NCBI GenBank assembly: GCA_964016885.1
Contig: OZ024743.1
Coordinates: forward strand, 371,752,001 to 371,816,000
Length of the DNA stretch: 64,000 nucleotides
Source of the DNA: Eledone cirrhosa
Lineage: Eukaryota
Direction of reading: 5' to 3'
The notes under the pieces were generated by a model. It worked only from the letters and a program-made list of their open reading frames with translations, had not been told where the DNA came from and did not search any database. A program made the translations under genes and the position numbers. Shown here piece by piece: positions 63,731-64,000 of this stretch. How positions within the stretch are numbered: the stretch's first letter is position 1; every line of letters starts with the position of its first letter.

Positions 63731-64000
63731 TAAATGCATTAAAAGAGCTTACCACAAAACCATAACCTTGAGGAAATTTCCCACAAACTAGCAGGTACTA
63801 AATATTTCACAAAATTAGATGCAACTCATGGGTACATTTTGATAAGGAATTAGGCCTGCTTACATGCTTTAATAGACTTTTTGGCAGGTACAGATATTTA
63901 AGGAGTCCATTTGGGTTCAAAATGTCTCAGGATATTTTTCAGGAAAAAATGGATCAAATACTAGAAAATTGCACAGGAGCCATTGGTATATCTGATTATG

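Larger units (their letters stand above)
59320..64000 (+). mobile_element. Highly degenerate Gypsy element (gag ~59.3-59.6 kb and ~61.5 kb, protease, RT), interrupted by a Helitron, unassigned DNA and a mariner
   Basis: SIDEYLNTLKTIAERCDFG; CYRCGK; IDTG; LRIWLDRKPLN; YFTKLDATHGY; PFG..MSQDIFQ. Confidence 0.7.

Overview
Animal genomic DNA made almost entirely of transposons and microsatellites. The SINE style and compound (AT)n/(AC)n arrays suggest a cephalopod such as Octopus, but that is inference. Bases 1 to ~39.3 kb look like one polarised AT/AC microsatellite field filled by serial insertions: several RTE LINE families (including one apparently full-length copy with an intact 1006-aa ORF), tRNA/CORE SINEs and a Penelope-like (Naiad-type) element carrying a hammerhead ribozyme. 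One host exon, CFAP97/KIAA1430-like, lies on the minus strand at ~41.0-42.7 kb, so the TE field is probably intronic. Bases 43-64 kb hold older debris: degenerate RTEs, Gypsy LTR elements, two non-autonomous Helitrons, palindromic MITEs and an Hsmar2-like mariner. The most notable signal is a conserved C4HC3 PHD-type zinc finger inserted inside the reverse transcriptase domain of two RTE families. These families also have a tandem pseudoknot-like module in their 3' UTRs and appear to target microsatellites.
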